Of a stretch of 64,000 nt of DNA, positions 19,372 to 30,014 are shown in pieces (position 1 is the stretch's first letter; each line of letters opens with the position of its first letter). Source of the DNA: a virus. The notes under the pieces are model-generated. The model had not been told where the DNA came from and did no database searches. It saw only the letters and a program-made list of their open reading frames with translations. The stretch covers positions 17,013 to 81,012 of the IMG/VR virus record IMGVR_UViG_3300022602_000067. One strand, written 5' to 3'. The position numbers and the translations under genes were made by a program.

Positions 19372-22300
19372 TTATTTTCCACCAAGGCCTTTGATGGCTC
19401 CAGTGTTTTCTAGACGCAATGGAATATAGATAAATTCAACTGCCTTCACTGGTTCAATGGCTATGTCAACATGCAGTTCACTTGCGTCAATTCTAGCCGG
19501 TGTATTGTTACTTGTATCGCATACAACCAAGAAATCATACAATGCACGTTGCGCTGTTAATTGTAATAACAATGCTTCAATTTGTTGTTTGATCTGATTA
19601 CGTGTGATAGTATCATTTGGTTCAAAAATGTATGGTTTAGCTATCTTGTTCAATTGATAACGTAGATAAATTACTAAACGTGCAACATTAATACGATCTA
19701 AACTGCTAGCAACTAACTGACGTGTATACTGTCCGTATGCAACCAGACCTGTACCTGCAAGATATGTAATTGGATTTACATGTACGCCTGCTAGTGTATC
19801 ACGTTGTCCTTGGTTAAGAGCAACTGTATAGAACTCCCCAGTGTTTACATCAACGTAACCAACTGAACTAGCATTTGTCACACCGCCACGACGTACACCA
19901 GCTGGTGCAAACCATGGATAAGAAACGTTGTCGCTTAGAGCGATTGTACGCAACATGATGTGACTTGGAGGAACTACAATATCATTACCTAATAAATCTT
20001 GTGAGTAACCCCATGGATAATATATTGCTGAGTAAGCATCTGTAAATATTAATCCGGTAGGACCGTCAACTGCCGCACCCTTTGTATTGTTACCCCAGTT
20101 GCTTAATGTAGTTGCGTCTGGAGTTAAGTGCGCTGGTGTATCATGCACTATAAATGCTGACAGACCGTTGTCATTGTTCAATCCAACAAGTGGACTTGCT
20201 ACTTCTAAATAACCTGGGCAACTTAACAAGTTGAAAATAACTGTGTCTGGTTGACGAATATTTTGATTGCCTTCAATAGTAGCTGTAAGAGCTTGTACAA
20301 CTACAGCACGTTGAGCGGCAGGACCGAAACGTCCAACACCAAACGTATCATTGGCAGCGGAAGAAACCCATGCATCTGGATAATAGTTAGTCATCAACTG
20401 ACCTGCTCCGATTGGATATGTACCGCCATTGTATTGCAAATTGTAAGTTTGTGTATTCACATAACCAGAAACATAGTGTTTAACATTATAATCGCTACGA
20501 CGTAGGTTAAACAATAGAGTGCCTTTTGGATAAAGTGCAGGACTTGGACAATCAAAGTCTACATAACTGCTTAGAAGTAAGCTAGCGATAGATGTAGGTG
20601 TTCCTGCACCAGTTTGTACGTTACTGTTAGAAGAATTATCTACCCAACGTGCATCAGCAAACACAATGCCACTTCCTGTTGTATGATCTTGGTTGTTTAC
20701 TAATATCCACTTGGCTGTTACACTATTATACTTAAAGATTTGTGGAAAACTAGCTATAGTAGCTGTGTCAATCCATAGATCACCGTTGGCTAATGGAGTA
20801 CCAGCAGCCTGCGTTGTAGGCTGTGTTGCACTTACGATTGGACCTGCTGGGTCAGTGTACAACTGACTACCACTTGCGTAGACTGCACTGTTAATAGCTT
20901 TAGCTTGTGTTGTCAAATAGCCGCGCCATACTTGACCATCATTAATCATAATGTCAAAATTAGCTAAACCACTGTTGTACCATAGTGTGCCATTTGCTGG
21001 GAATGTTGTTGGTGGTGTTGCACTTGCTGTAGCAATACCGTTACCTGTAGTTCCAATAGTGCTTGACCAGTTACTTGAGATATAAGTTGTTGAACTTGCG
21101 CCGCTAGCACCGTCAATCTTTGGAGCTGTGTAGTAGAAATTAGTTGTTGTTCCAGCAGTAAAGATCTTGCTTAATGGCGTTCCTGTACCATCTGTAAACA
21201 CAATATCGCCACCAGCAAGGTGAGTAATTGTAATACTGTTATTGGAATTTACTGTAGCCATTATCAACGGATCACTTACTGCGGCTGTCAATGCAGTTAA
21301 TAGTGTTGTAGCATCACTAGTAGCGGCTACGGCAGTGAATGATACTGTAAATTGTGTACCCAATGTAGCTGAACCAATTTGACTAGCTTGAACAGTAAAT
21401 GTATAGCTACCTGCTGTGAATGTACTAGCACTGATCGCACTAGATGTTACACTTGTTGGTCCGATAGCACTGCGATAGTAGATCTTCCAATCTGCGTATT
21501 GTGGAGTTTGCTCATCGTCATTATATTTTACATATAGTGTATCAAGAGCTAGGTTTATACCACCACCTGTTGGATCCAGTGCTGCCAAAGCCGCATAGTT
21601 GCTAGAATATAAAGGAGCATTTTGTGTTTGCCAACTGCTGGTTGTTGAATTGTATTGCTGGATTTGCCAGCTTGAACCCAAATTAACTGCTGTTGTTTTA
21701 ACCCATACAGATCCTGTAGGAGCACCGCTAGTTACAATACCACCTGTATAACCATAACTAGGAATACTAGTATGTGGACTCATTACAAACTGTGGACACT
21801 GATATGTAACTGATGACAAACCAACTTTAGCTACAGTTGTACCTGATAGCGTAATACTACCTGCTGGATTAGCGCCATTTGTAGTTGTACCGTTAGAATA
21901 TAAATTCAAATAACCGTTAATTGCAGCCGCTGTAACACCAGTTGCTGAACCAGCAGTAATAGCAGTTGCTAAAGCTGAAACTGTTGAATAACCTGTGAAT
22001 GTTGTTCCGTTAATAACTATACTATCGCCTGTTACTGTAACTGTGAATGATACTGGACTACCGCTAGTACCAACGTTACCTGTAACTGCTTGACTTAACA
22101 CATAAACACCTGTACTACCAGTAGTACCGCTCGATTGACTAGCGATTGTAGTACCTGCTGTGATGCCGCCAGTTCCCGAAGTAAGCGTAGCACCAACTGT
22201 TATAGTACCTGTTGGAGTTGAAGTTACTGTTAGGGTTGTACCTGTAGCATATCCGTTAAATGTATAAACGCTACCTGCAATAAGAGTCGGGTTAGCTACC

Positions 22301-23022
22301 GTGCCTACTGCTGTTGCACGACTAGCAATCCAATTTGGAGTACCAACTTGAACCCATGTACCGGCTGGTGTACTGGTAAGTCCTTTTTTGTAGTACAACT
22401 TGTTAAGAGTCGTTAGTGCTACGACTGCATAATCACCTTGTTGTCCAAAACTTGGTAATGGAACATAGGTGCTAGAATTTACATAAGCTGAATTAGTAAT
22501 AACTGATAGATTTCCGATTGAAGATTGTTCAATAAAGCTCTGTCCGTTAGTTGCTGTTGCTACGTTACCATTCCATTCAAATACACCGAACATAGTTGTT
22601 GCTGTGTTAAACCAGAATGTACCACCTGTTGGTGCGCCTGTTGGAATTGTCGGTGTTCCGATAAGTTGACTTGTATCTACGTTAGCACGTACAACGTATG
22701 CACGACTGCTTACTCCTAGGAAACTATAAGCGGCTTGTAGACCATATTCATTTAGTTCGCCTGCATTGTAAGGATTGTTTTCAGCGTCAGTTTGGAAATA
22801 TGGAATACCAAAAGTATTGCCAAGATCCATTTGACTTGTTAATAAGTATACAGTTCCAGCATTAGCTGTTAGTGTGCCTGGAGCAATTCCTGTTCCAGAT
22901 GAATTCATTTTGTTCGCTTGAGTAGCGACTATAATTAAGGGTACGGTTCCAGGAGCCGCCGGTGTATAGAACGATTCGTCTACTACTGTTACGCTTACGC
23001 CTGGGGAACTAAGTTGAGCCAT
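19372..23022 (-). CDS. gp18: tail sheath protein (gp18-like) with large insertions
   Basis: LSSPGVSVTVVDES N-terminus; PWFAPAG..RG, LDRINVARL, FEPND, IEPVKAVEFIYI. Confidence 0.92.
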   Translation of the reverse strand: MAQLSSPGVSVTVVDESFYTPAAPGTVPLIIVATQANKMNSSGTGIAPGTLTANAGTVYLLTSQMDLGNTFGIPYFQTDAENNPYNAGELNEYGLQAAYSFLGVSSRAYVVRANVDTSQLIGTPTIPTGAPTGGTFWFNTATTMFGVFEWNGNVATATNGQSFIEQSSIGNLSVITNSAYVNSSTYVPLPSFGQQGDYAVVALTTLNKLYYKKGLTSTPAGTWVQVGTPNWIASRATAVGTVANPTLIAGSVYTFNGYATGTTLTVTSTPTGTITVGATLTSGTGGITAGTTIASQSSGTTGSTGVYVLSQAVTGNVGTSGSPVSFTVTVTGDSIVINGTTFTGYSTVSALATAITAGSATGVTAAAINGYLNLYSNGTTTNGANPAGSITLSGTTVAKVGLSSVTYQCPQFVMSPHTSIPSYGYTGGIVTSGAPTGSVWVKTTAVNLGSSWQIQQYNSTTSSWQTQNAPLYSSNYAALAALDPTGGGINLALDTLYVKYNDDEQTPQYADWKIYYRSAIGPTSVTSSAISASTFTAGSYTFTVQASQIGSATLGTQFTVSFTAVAATSDATTLLTALTAAVSDPLIMATVNSNNSITITHLAGGDIVFTDGTGTPLSKIFTAGTTTNFYYTAPKIDGASGASSTTYISSNWSSTIGTTGNGIATASATPPTTFPANGTLWYNSGLANFDIMINDGQVWRGYLTTQAKAINSAVYASGSQLYTDPAGPIVSATQPTTQAAGTPLANGDLWIDTATIASFPQIFKYNSVTAKWILVNNQDHTTGSGIVFADARWVDNSSNSNVQTGAGTPTSIASLLLSSYVDFDCPSPALYPKGTLLFNLRRSDYNVKHYVSGYVNTQTYNLQYNGGTYPIGAGQLMTNYYPDAWVSSAANDTFGVGRFGPAAQRAVVVQALTATIEGNQNIRQPDTVIFNLLSCPGYLEVASPLVGLNNDNGLSAFIVHDTPAHLTPDATTLSNWGNNTKGAAVDGPTGLIFTDAYSAIYYPWGYSQDLLGNDIVVPPSHIMLRTIALSDNVSYPWFAPAGVRRGGVTNASSVGYVDVNTGEFYTVALNQGQRDTLAGVHVNPITYLAGTGLVAYGQYTRQLVASSLDRINVARLVIYLRYQLNKIAKPYIFEPNDTITRNQIKQQIEALLLQLTAQRALYDFLVVCDTSNNTPARIDASELHVDIAIEPVKAVEFIYIPLRLENTGAIKGLGGK

Positions 23023-23127
23023 ATTGTAATCTCCATGAGTACATGTTTCTTAATGTATTTATGGCAATTTGAATAAATGCTAGGGTTATATACCCCTTAA
23101 AAGGCGCTGAAAAGGCTTAAATAAAAT

Positions 23128-23454
23128 ATGAGACCTCTATGTTCGTGCGGCAGACTACCTGTAGCAATTAACTATTATAAAAACAAAAAGCCCTACTATC
23201 GTAGCCAGTGTGGTGCTTGTTTACGGGGTGTAACTATGCCTCGATGGAAGTCAGCAGGTTATGCGATGAAATCATTATGTGATAAATGCGGTTATAAGTC
23301 ACCGCATCAAGAAGTTTTTAATGTATTCCATGTAGATGGAGACTTAAACAACTGTAGGCATATTAATCTTAAGACGGTCTGTGCCAACTGTCAGAGAGTC
23401 CTACATAAAGAGGGCGTTCGATGGCGGCAGGGAGATCTAGTACCGGATCTATAA
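23128..23454 (+). CDS. HNH-like zinc-binding protein
   Basis: CxxC pairs and HVDGDLNN...NLKTVCANC; TAAATA at 23118-23123. Confidence 0.7.
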   Translation: MRPLCSCGRLPVAINYYKNKKPYYRSQCGACLRGVTMPRWKSAGYAMKSLCDKCGYKSPHQEVFNVFHVDGDLNNCRHINLKTVCANCQRVLHKEGVRWRQGDLVPDL

Positions 23455-24073
23455 GTGTACGCACCTTGGCATATAGTTCATCTATGCTTCCGTCGTTGTC
23501 AAACACTTGATCAAAATCTGTTCCTACCCATGCAGTTTCCGAAGCGTGTATTTTTAGTTTATCCATGCGAGTCTTTGCCAACATCCAATTTATATGGTGA
23601 TCGCCGGCATTCATGTCTACAGCATCTTGATACCAGTCGGGTTCTGGACCTCTTTTTACACGGATAACAATACCGCCCGCATCTCGTATTGATTTAATTT
23701 CGTTAGGAAATCTACAATCGCTGATAACAATGTCGTCTTTACTGTTACGTAGTTTATTTTCCAAGCTGGCAATCCAGATATCATCGTGGAATGCTTTGCG
23801 GCATACTTCTGTACCCCAGTATTGTAAGACCCAGCGTGGTGTGAGATTTGGCATGTCTAATCGTTCTGCCCACCATGGATCTACTTGTTCTCGCCATTCA
23901 CGTGCTTGTTTAGTGCGGCCTTCCAACATGGTTCTGTCCCACCCAAAAACCATACTTACCGCATCTTTTAGAGAATTGGCAAAACTTTCTCTTCTAAATC
24001 CGTGAAAGTTAGTCAAATAATCAGCAATAGTATCTTTGCCCGAACCAATAAAACCGCATACGCCTATAATCAT
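23369..24073 (-). CDS. deoxynucleoside monophosphate kinase (gp1-like)
   Basis: GFIGSGKDT, FANSLKD, LQYWGTE, ISDCRFPNE, HASE. Confidence 0.9.
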   Translation of the reverse strand: MIIGVCGFIGSGKDTIADYLTNFHGFRRESFANSLKDAVSMVFGWDRTMLEGRTKQAREWREQVDPWWAERLDMPNLTPRWVLQYWGTEVCRKAFHDDIWIASLENKLRNSKDDIVISDCRFPNEIKSIRDAGGIVIRVKRGPEPDWYQDAVDMNAGDHHINWMLAKTRMDKLKIHASETAWVGTDFDQVFDNDGSIDELYAKVRTLIDPVLDLPAAIERPLYVGLSDSWHRPS

Positions 24074-24125
24074 AAGAAACCCCGTAATGTAGTGCTAGTA
24101 TATAACACTTTTATTACGGGGTCAA
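24074..24125 (-). promoter_or_regulatory. sigma70-type promoter (TTGACC-17-TATACT) inside a terminator-like hairpin
   Basis: -35 24120-24125, -10 24097-24102; ACCCCGTAAT/ATTACGGGGT inverted repeat 24079-24088/24113-24122. Confidence 0.7.
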
Positions 24126-24141
24126 TTAATTAATTACTCAA

Positions 24142-24774
24142 TTATACTGGAACTTCTTCCCATTGTACTGAGTAAGCTGTACCTGATGAACCTGAAGCGG
24201 CACTTAGGTAAAATTCTGCGTATGCACCTGGTGGAAGAATCAATGAACCTTCCAAATCATAGTATGCACCACCAACTGAAGCTGCCTGAGCACCAACAAT
24301 AGTGTGAACTACTGGAGTTGTACCACCAGTACTTGCCGCTGTACCAAAAGTTGCTACAGAGTAAGCAATACCTTGACCTTGTGCGTTTTGGCCGTTTACA
24401 AAAGCGTTACGTGTAGTAGCTAGTGTTGTGCTTGATGGAGGTTGTGTTGTAACACCAGTTGCTAGACCATATAGTGTAGCAGTTGGAGCAACAACGAATG
24501 CAAAACCTACTTTATTAATAACCAAGTTAACTGAGCTAGCTAATGGGTTGAATAATGCCAAACCTGTATAAGCTGAACCTAGTGCAATAATACCGTTTGA
24601 AGCTGTTTGTGCGGCTGTATTTGCAACAAACACGTTACGACGGTAAGTTGTTTCGTAATAACGACCATGTAGTTCGCTAACTACTAAATCGCCTAATTGT
24701 CCTTGACGGATTGCTGGGGTAGCGCCTGGCTGGTTTGAACCTGCTGGTGCGCCGACTTGTCCTTGAATTAACAT
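24142..24774 (-). CDS. putative virion structural protein
   Basis: Beta-rich 210 aa ending WEEVPV; AAGGAG SD. Confidence 0.7.
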   Translation of the reverse strand: MLIQGQVGAPAGSNQPGATPAIRQGQLGDLVVSELHGRYYETTYRRNVFVANTAAQTASNGIIALGSAYTGLALFNPLASSVNLVINKVGFAFVVAPTATLYGLATGVTTQPPSSTTLATTRNAFVNGQNAQGQGIAYSVATFGTAASTGGTTPVVHTIVGAQAASVGGAYYDLEGSLILPPGAYAEFYLSAASGSSGTAYSVQWEEVPV

Positions 24775-24786
24775 TTATAAATCTCC

Positions 24787-25236
24787 TTAATTGATCGGGT
24801 TATTGTAGACGGAGTTCACATCTGTACGCAACCCGTCGATATCGTCATTAATATTTAGCCCTTGTGCTAAAATAATGTTCATTACACGTAGTTCTTGCAA
24901 GACTTGATCCATAGTTTCTTGCATTTTTTGAATCTGGCCGCCGTATTCTGCAACGTTGTTAGACTCATATCCCGGCGCTGTATCATAATAAACGTTAATT
25001 TTATCACTAGAATTTAGAGATGCTGTGCTAACAGCTAGTGTGATTACACTACCGTTAATGCTAGTAATACCTAATCCTGGAGCGCCAGCAATATACAATG
25101 GGGTATTAGCAGTAACATCGATTACAGCATATAATTTATCTAGATTAAAATTTCCTGGATAAGCGCTGAAATCCAGCGTGCCTACGCCTGCGGCACCTGG
25201 AGTTAATATTGGTTGAAATGGTAATAATTGTTTCAT
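24787..25236 (-). CDS. putative structural adaptor protein
   Basis: Resembles the N-terminus of the 36884..41908 protein; C-terminal coiled coil. Confidence 0.7.
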   Translation of the reverse strand: MKQLLPFQPILTPGAAGVGTLDFSAYPGNFNLDKLYAVIDVTANTPLYIAGAPGLGITSINGSVITLAVSTASLNSSDKINVYYDTAPGYESNNVAEYGGQIQKMQETMDQVLQELRVMNIILAQGLNINDDIDGLRTDVNSVYNNPIN

Positions 25237-25245
25237 GTTTGTCCT

Positions 25246-27390
25246 TTATAGCGCCAACTGATAAGCTAATACTGTTGTTAGATTGGGTACGACCACTCCA
25301 TTTTGCTTGATTGTACCTGCAAAATTGGTAGTGCTACCAGTGTTGCCTATATTTACTGTTCCAGTAACACCCGAAAATAAATTTACAGTTCCTGTGGTTA
25401 CATTGGTTGTTACTGTTGCTGTTCCTGAACTAGTATTACCTAACACACTAAATGTACTGTTTCCAGTACTTTGTCCAACGTAATAAGTTACACCTGGAGC
25501 ACCTTCGTTTATCGTAGTAGCCGCACCATATGCATTAATAGTTGTAGCACTGGTATTGAATATTGTAGCAGTACCTGTACTGGCAGTCGTTAAAGTTGGA
25601 TTAGTAAAATTCAATACACCAGTAGTTGACAACTGCATCTGTTGACTACCACCATTATAGAAACTCAATGGTAAGTATGTACCAGAACCGTTAACACCTG
25701 ATACTAACTGTACATCGGTAGTACCGTTAGTAGCAATTAAAATCTTGCTAGCATTAGTTAAATTACTACTGTTGGCAGCTTGCCAACTGGCTGCTGTAGC
25801 AGTGCCGTTTGGAACTACATATACGCCTGGATTAGCATTTGTCGTTTTTGTTGTGAATACCGTGCGACTATTAACTGTAGCATTGTCAAAATCACCAGCA
25901 ATCTGTGTACTAGTAGCATAGGTCATGTTACCGTTAACGCTAGTAGAACCATTTAGTGTTGCAGTTCCAGTTACAGTTAAACCGTTGTTTACTGTAGTGG
26001 TACCTGTACTTGCACCTATGTTCAATGCTGTTGCCGCGCCACCAAAATTTATAGTTGTTGCTGTTGTGTTTAGTAAAGGTATAATTGTTTGATTTGTTGT
26101 AATACCAAGAGAGCTGTTAGCACCAATAGCACCAGTACTGTTGATAGAAGTTACAGTTTCGGTATTGGTTGTTGTAGTAGTTCCGTTAATTGTTAAATTA
26201 CCTGAAACTGTTAGATCATTATTGATGGTTGTTACACCACCTCGGCTGTTACCACCGCCAGTGCTAGCACCAATACTGATAGTAGTTGCCGCGCCAAATG
26301 CATTTATAGTAGTAGCAGTTGTATTATATAAAGAAAACGTTGTGCTTGAAGTAGTAACACCAGTTGTTACTACCGGTGAAGATAATGTTGGACTTGAACC
26401 AAAACTAGTCAGGCTACTGCTAACTACAGTAGAATTTAATGTTGTACCACTTAAAGCGCCTGCATTGGCTGTGATTACTCCGGCTGATGCTGTAATACTT
26501 GTACCGTCTACTTTTACTGCGCCTATCTGTGAACTGGTAGCTTGAGCTAGACCAATAGTACCATTACTGTTCGTAATACCACTGGTAGCTACAGCGGGAA
26601 TTAATACGCCTCCTAGCTGAGATGAACTGCTAGCTGTTAAGTAGAATGTTACTGCGGCTGTACCATTAAATGTACTAGATGTACTAGTTAATCCGTTACC
26701 GATAGTAAGAGAATACTGATCTGCTAAACTGATTGTAGCAGAGCCTCCTAACGCAACTGTAGTTCCGTTGATAGTCACTGAATTATTTGTCAGCGCACTA
26801 TTTGGAATATTAGTTAAGGTATTGTTTGACCCGTTGATAGTTTTATTGGTAAGCGTATCTGTTGTAGAGCGGCCAACAAGTGTGTCTGTTGTTGTTGGCA
26901 ATGTTAATAAACCGCTATTACTGATTGAAGAAATTATAGGTTGTGTCAGTGTTTTATTTGTCAACGTAGCTGTGTTGGTCAAACTGACAGCATCTGTAAT
27001 TCCAAAACCAGCGATAGTTGTAGGTACACTTGTCAAAGCTGACCATGCTAGACTAGTAATGGGAATTGTGTAACTACTAGCACTACCGTCAAAACTCACA
27101 CCGTTAATCAAGGTAGGAGTTGCTAATTTTGTAGCAGTAGTGGCTGTAGCTACTGTAGCAGTAATTGTTATATTGCTAGATCCATCAAAGCTCACACCGT
27201 TAATAGTTACCGGTGCCGCAAGTTTAGTTGCTGTGGCAGCATTTCCGCCTAAAACATAATTTTTTAATGTAAGAAGTGTAGTAGCTTCGCTGGTTGGAGT
27301 ACCTGATACCGAAGCAGTGACCAGCATTAGATTTGCGTCTGCTAAACTGCTCGTGGTAGGTAGTGCGGAAAGTGTAGTGTATGATGGCAT
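25246..27390 (-). CDS. tail fibre-like protein
   Basis: ATATKLA..INGVSFDGS, TLTNKT and NTTATTINxxGAAT repeats. Confidence 0.75.
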   Translation of the reverse strand: MPSYTTLSALPTTSSLADANLMLVTASVSGTPTSEATTLLTLKNYVLGGNAATATKLAAPVTINGVSFDGSSNITITATVATATTATKLATPTLINGVSFDGSASSYTIPITSLAWSALTSVPTTIAGFGITDAVSLTNTATLTNKTLTQPIISSISNSGLLTLPTTTDTLVGRSTTDTLTNKTINGSNNTLTNIPNSALTNNSVTINGTTVALGGSATISLADQYSLTIGNGLTSTSSTFNGTAAVTFYLTASSSSQLGGVLIPAVATSGITNSNGTIGLAQATSSQIGAVKVDGTSITASAGVITANAGALSGTTLNSTVVSSSLTSFGSSPTLSSPVVTTGVTTSSTTFSLYNTTATTINAFGAATTISIGASTGGGNSRGGVTTINNDLTVSGNLTINGTTTTTNTETVTSINSTGAIGANSSLGITTNQTIIPLLNTTATTINFGGAATALNIGASTGTTTVNNGLTVTGTATLNGSTSVNGNMTYATSTQIAGDFDNATVNSRTVFTTKTTNANPGVYVVPNGTATAASWQAANSSNLTNASKILIATNGTTDVQLVSGVNGSGTYLPLSFYNGGSQQMQLSTTGVLNFTNPTLTTASTGTATIFNTSATTINAYGAATTINEGAPGVTYYVGQSTGNSTFSVLGNTSSGTATVTTNVTTGTVNLFSGVTGTVNIGNTGSTTNFAGTIKQNGVVVPNLTTVLAYQLAL

Positions 27391-27439
27391 AGTGTATTTA
27401 TTGCTTTTTGGTAATTATTAAGTACCTATAACCGTTTCT

Positions 27440-28123
27440 TTAGAATGGTTTACTTGTCGAAGTTGTTACTGAACCTGTATTAGTCACTGTATTAGTACCA
27501 CTAGAATCTGTAGTTACACTTGCACCTAACATCAAATACTTGGTATTTGCTATACTTGTTAGCGGTGCATTTGGAACAGTAATACTGGTAAGAGTTGGAT
27601 CGTAAACAAAAGATCCTACCACAGCTCTAAAATTTGTCATTTGTCCCGGCCAACTACGCACATAACTCATACCTATACGTGTTGTAGCCGCGGTATAATT
27701 AAGGGCATTTGTTTGGGCGGCACCTGCTCGTGTACCGTTAAGGAACAATGCTTCAGTTGTGCTGTTTCTTGTTAGGGCAAAGTGATACCAAGTGTTAGCT
27801 GTCATTGTTGGCGTAGTATAACTGACACTTCCGCCGCCACCGTTCTTGTCTGAGAATATTACAGTTGAACTACTTACGATTAAATTCATCATACCGTTAC
27901 CGTCACCGGCGCTGGCATTGGCGCCAAACAAAGCATATTGATTGGTAAAGTCTGGCAATCGGAACCAACCTTCAACGGTGTAAGATCCGCCGCCTAATGT
28001 AAATCCTGTAGATAGATCTAACATACGTGTACCAGCAACTCCACCGGGAAAACTTAAACTACCAGCCAATGTGCTGCCACTAGATATTTTGTGGCTCATG
28101 TTGTGCATCATTATACCAGTCAT
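27440..28123 (-). CDS. LamG/concanavalin A-like lectin domain protein
   Basis: YTVEGWF...WYHFALTR...LFLNG...IG...GQMTNFR. Confidence 0.75.
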   Translation of the reverse strand: MTGIMMHNMSHKISSGSTLAGSLSFPGGVAGTRMLDLSTGFTLGGGSYTVEGWFRLPDFTNQYALFGANASAGDGNGMMNLIVSSSTVIFSDKNGGGGSVSYTTPTMTANTWYHFALTRNSTTEALFLNGTRAGAAQTNALNYTAATTRIGMSYVRSWPGQMTNFRAVVGSFVYDPTLTSITVPNAPLTSIANTKYLMLGASVTTDSSGTNTVTNTGSVTTSTSKPF

Positions 28124-29202
28124 TATGTTAATCCTGTTCCGTTTATAAACCAGCTTGTACTGGTAACTTTAACCGCAGTGGCCATACCATATGCGGCCAG
28201 TGTTCGGCTTCCTGTTGTACCAGTGCCGCCTAAATACATGGTGTCAGTTGTTATAGCAATGGTCACTGTTGCTCCTGATGCCGCAATAAAAGCAATAGTT
28301 GTCCCAATAGGAAATGCTACACTACTATTGGCAGGAATAGTTACAGTGCATGTTGCTGTTACATAGATATGTTTTCCAGCGTCGCCTATAACAATAGGGT
28401 ATGCACTAGAAACACTATTTTGAGGCATGCCTAAATAACCAATACTGGAAGCTGTACTAGACGTAGTAGCTGTTGCGGCAAATCCTATTACAGACCCTGT
28501 AAATGTTGGACCGGACAATGGCGCATAAGTTGTACTGGCTGTGCTAGTTGTTAGATAACTGCTTAGTGATGAAGTTGTGGCATACGAAGTCAGTGTGCTG
28601 GTCAAGGTACTTGATGTCACATAGGATGTCAATGTGGTTGTCAATCCGCTTGGACTAACATAATCAGTACCAGCAGTTGCGGCGGTGAGAGCGTTTGCTC
28701 CATTGCCTTTTACTATGCCGCTGATAGTTCCAATAGGTGATTGATAGTCGGTACCTGCAACCGCAATTGATAGTGCGCCAGTAGAAGTTGTGCTTTTAAC
28801 TATACCAGTAGCTAAGGCGCTAGTTCCTGCTGAATAATCTGTTCCGCTAGTGGCTGACACTACTGAAGTGCCATTGCCTTTTAATATTCCAGTAACACTA
28901 GATCCAAATGTCGGGTATCCCCATGTAATACTAGTACCGTTCCAATATAAACTTGTACCAGTTGTAGTAGGTGCAGATACAAATGCTGTAGTATTCAGTG
29001 CAGATTGATATGGTATCTGATTGGCACCGCCTTGCGCTAGATTGGTAGCATTTGTGCTAGTGCCAGTCAGCATAAATGTCTTGATTGTGCTTAATGGAAC
29101 TTGTACACTAGTGGCTGTGCTCGATACAGTTGCTACCAGAGCGGTGGTTTCTGAACCGGTTAAACTTTGTCCAAGCGTAGGTAGATCTGTAAATTTTGTC
29201 AT
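28123..29202 (-). CDS. tail fibre-like protein
   Basis: GIxKGNG/AGTDY repeats; C-terminal VTIPANSSVAFPIGT...WFINGTGLT domain. Confidence 0.75.
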   Translation of the reverse strand: MTKFTDLPTLGQSLTGSETTALVATVSSTATSVQVPLSTIKTFMLTGTSTNATNLAQGGANQIPYQSALNTTAFVSAPTTTGTSLYWNGTSITWGYPTFGSSVTGILKGNGTSVVSATSGTDYSAGTSALATGIVKSTTSTGALSIAVAGTDYQSPIGTISGIVKGNGANALTAATAGTDYVSPSGLTTTLTSYVTSSTLTSTLTSYATTSSLSSYLTTSTASTTYAPLSGPTFTGSVIGFAATATTSSTASSIGYLGMPQNSVSSAYPIVIGDAGKHIYVTATCTVTIPANSSVAFPIGTTIAFIAASGATVTIAITTDTMYLGGTGTTGSRTLAAYGMATAVKVTSTSWFINGTGLT

Positions 29203-29205
29203 TGC

Positions 29206-29997
29206 TTATCCTATAACCATGGTCATTGGTATTCCACCAGCGGCATTGGTTTCTATTTCTTTTTCTAATTTTTCTATTGTTTCTTTGGCTTCTGTTATTA
29301 ACGCAGTACCGTTTAACTGCATGCCACCCGAGCCTGGTCCAGCAATACTAGCAAATTTGCTTCGTGCTTGTCCTAGAATCTGTTTGCTAACTGCAAGGCT
29401 GTAATCACGTAACCATTGTTTAGCATAAGGATCTTGTAATAGCACCCAATCTGGACGGAAGTTGTAGCACTGCACTAGTATCTGCTCACCTTGTGCGAAA
29501 GGACGTTGTAGAATATTTAGAATATGTGTTGTTGGCTTCCACAAAAATTCTATGTAGGATCCAAACATACGCCCTACTAATTTTTGGTAACCGGCAAAAG
29601 CATCATATGTTGCTAATCCGCCCATCATTGATCCAGACATTAGATACGTATTTGTATATGCCAAGTTAAAGGGTTCAAACAAAGTACCACCAGCACCGAT
29701 ACCGCTACGACTGCCGATAGCACGACGGAATACTTGGCGAACTGTAATAACTTCATCGGGTAATCTGTATTCATTTTGATCCTGTATTAATTCTAAGAAC
29801 ATATAGCTTTCTTCTACACTGTTACTGCTACGCTGACGATAGTAGGTAAGAGCGCGATCTAGTGCTAGTTCCATATGTTGTGGATCTAATTCCACATCAA
29901 CCATACCATCGCCTAGCATGAGTTTAATATATTCAAACACTGCATTACGCTCGATAGTGCTGTTTGATTGGGTTGTTGACGGTAAGGAATCGGCCAT
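29206..29997 (-). CDS. gp13: neck protein (gp13-like)
   Basis: LGDGMVDVELD, WLRDYSLA..K..LG..RSKF...G..LNG; start MADSLP at 29997 with AGGAG. Confidence 0.8.
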   Translation of the reverse strand: MADSLPSTTQSNSTIERNAVFEYIKLMLGDGMVDVELDPQHMELALDRALTYYRQRSSNSVEESYMFLELIQDQNEYRLPDEVITVRQVFRRAIGSRSGIGAGGTLFEPFNLAYTNTYLMSGSMMGGLATYDAFAGYQKLVGRMFGSYIEFLWKPTTHILNILQRPFAQGEQILVQCYNFRPDWVLLQDPYAKQWLRDYSLAVSKQILGQARSKFASIAGPGSGGMQLNGTALITEAKETIEKLEKEIETNAAGGIPMTMVIG

Positions 29998-30014
29998 TTT
30001 TTGTTCTCCTACTA

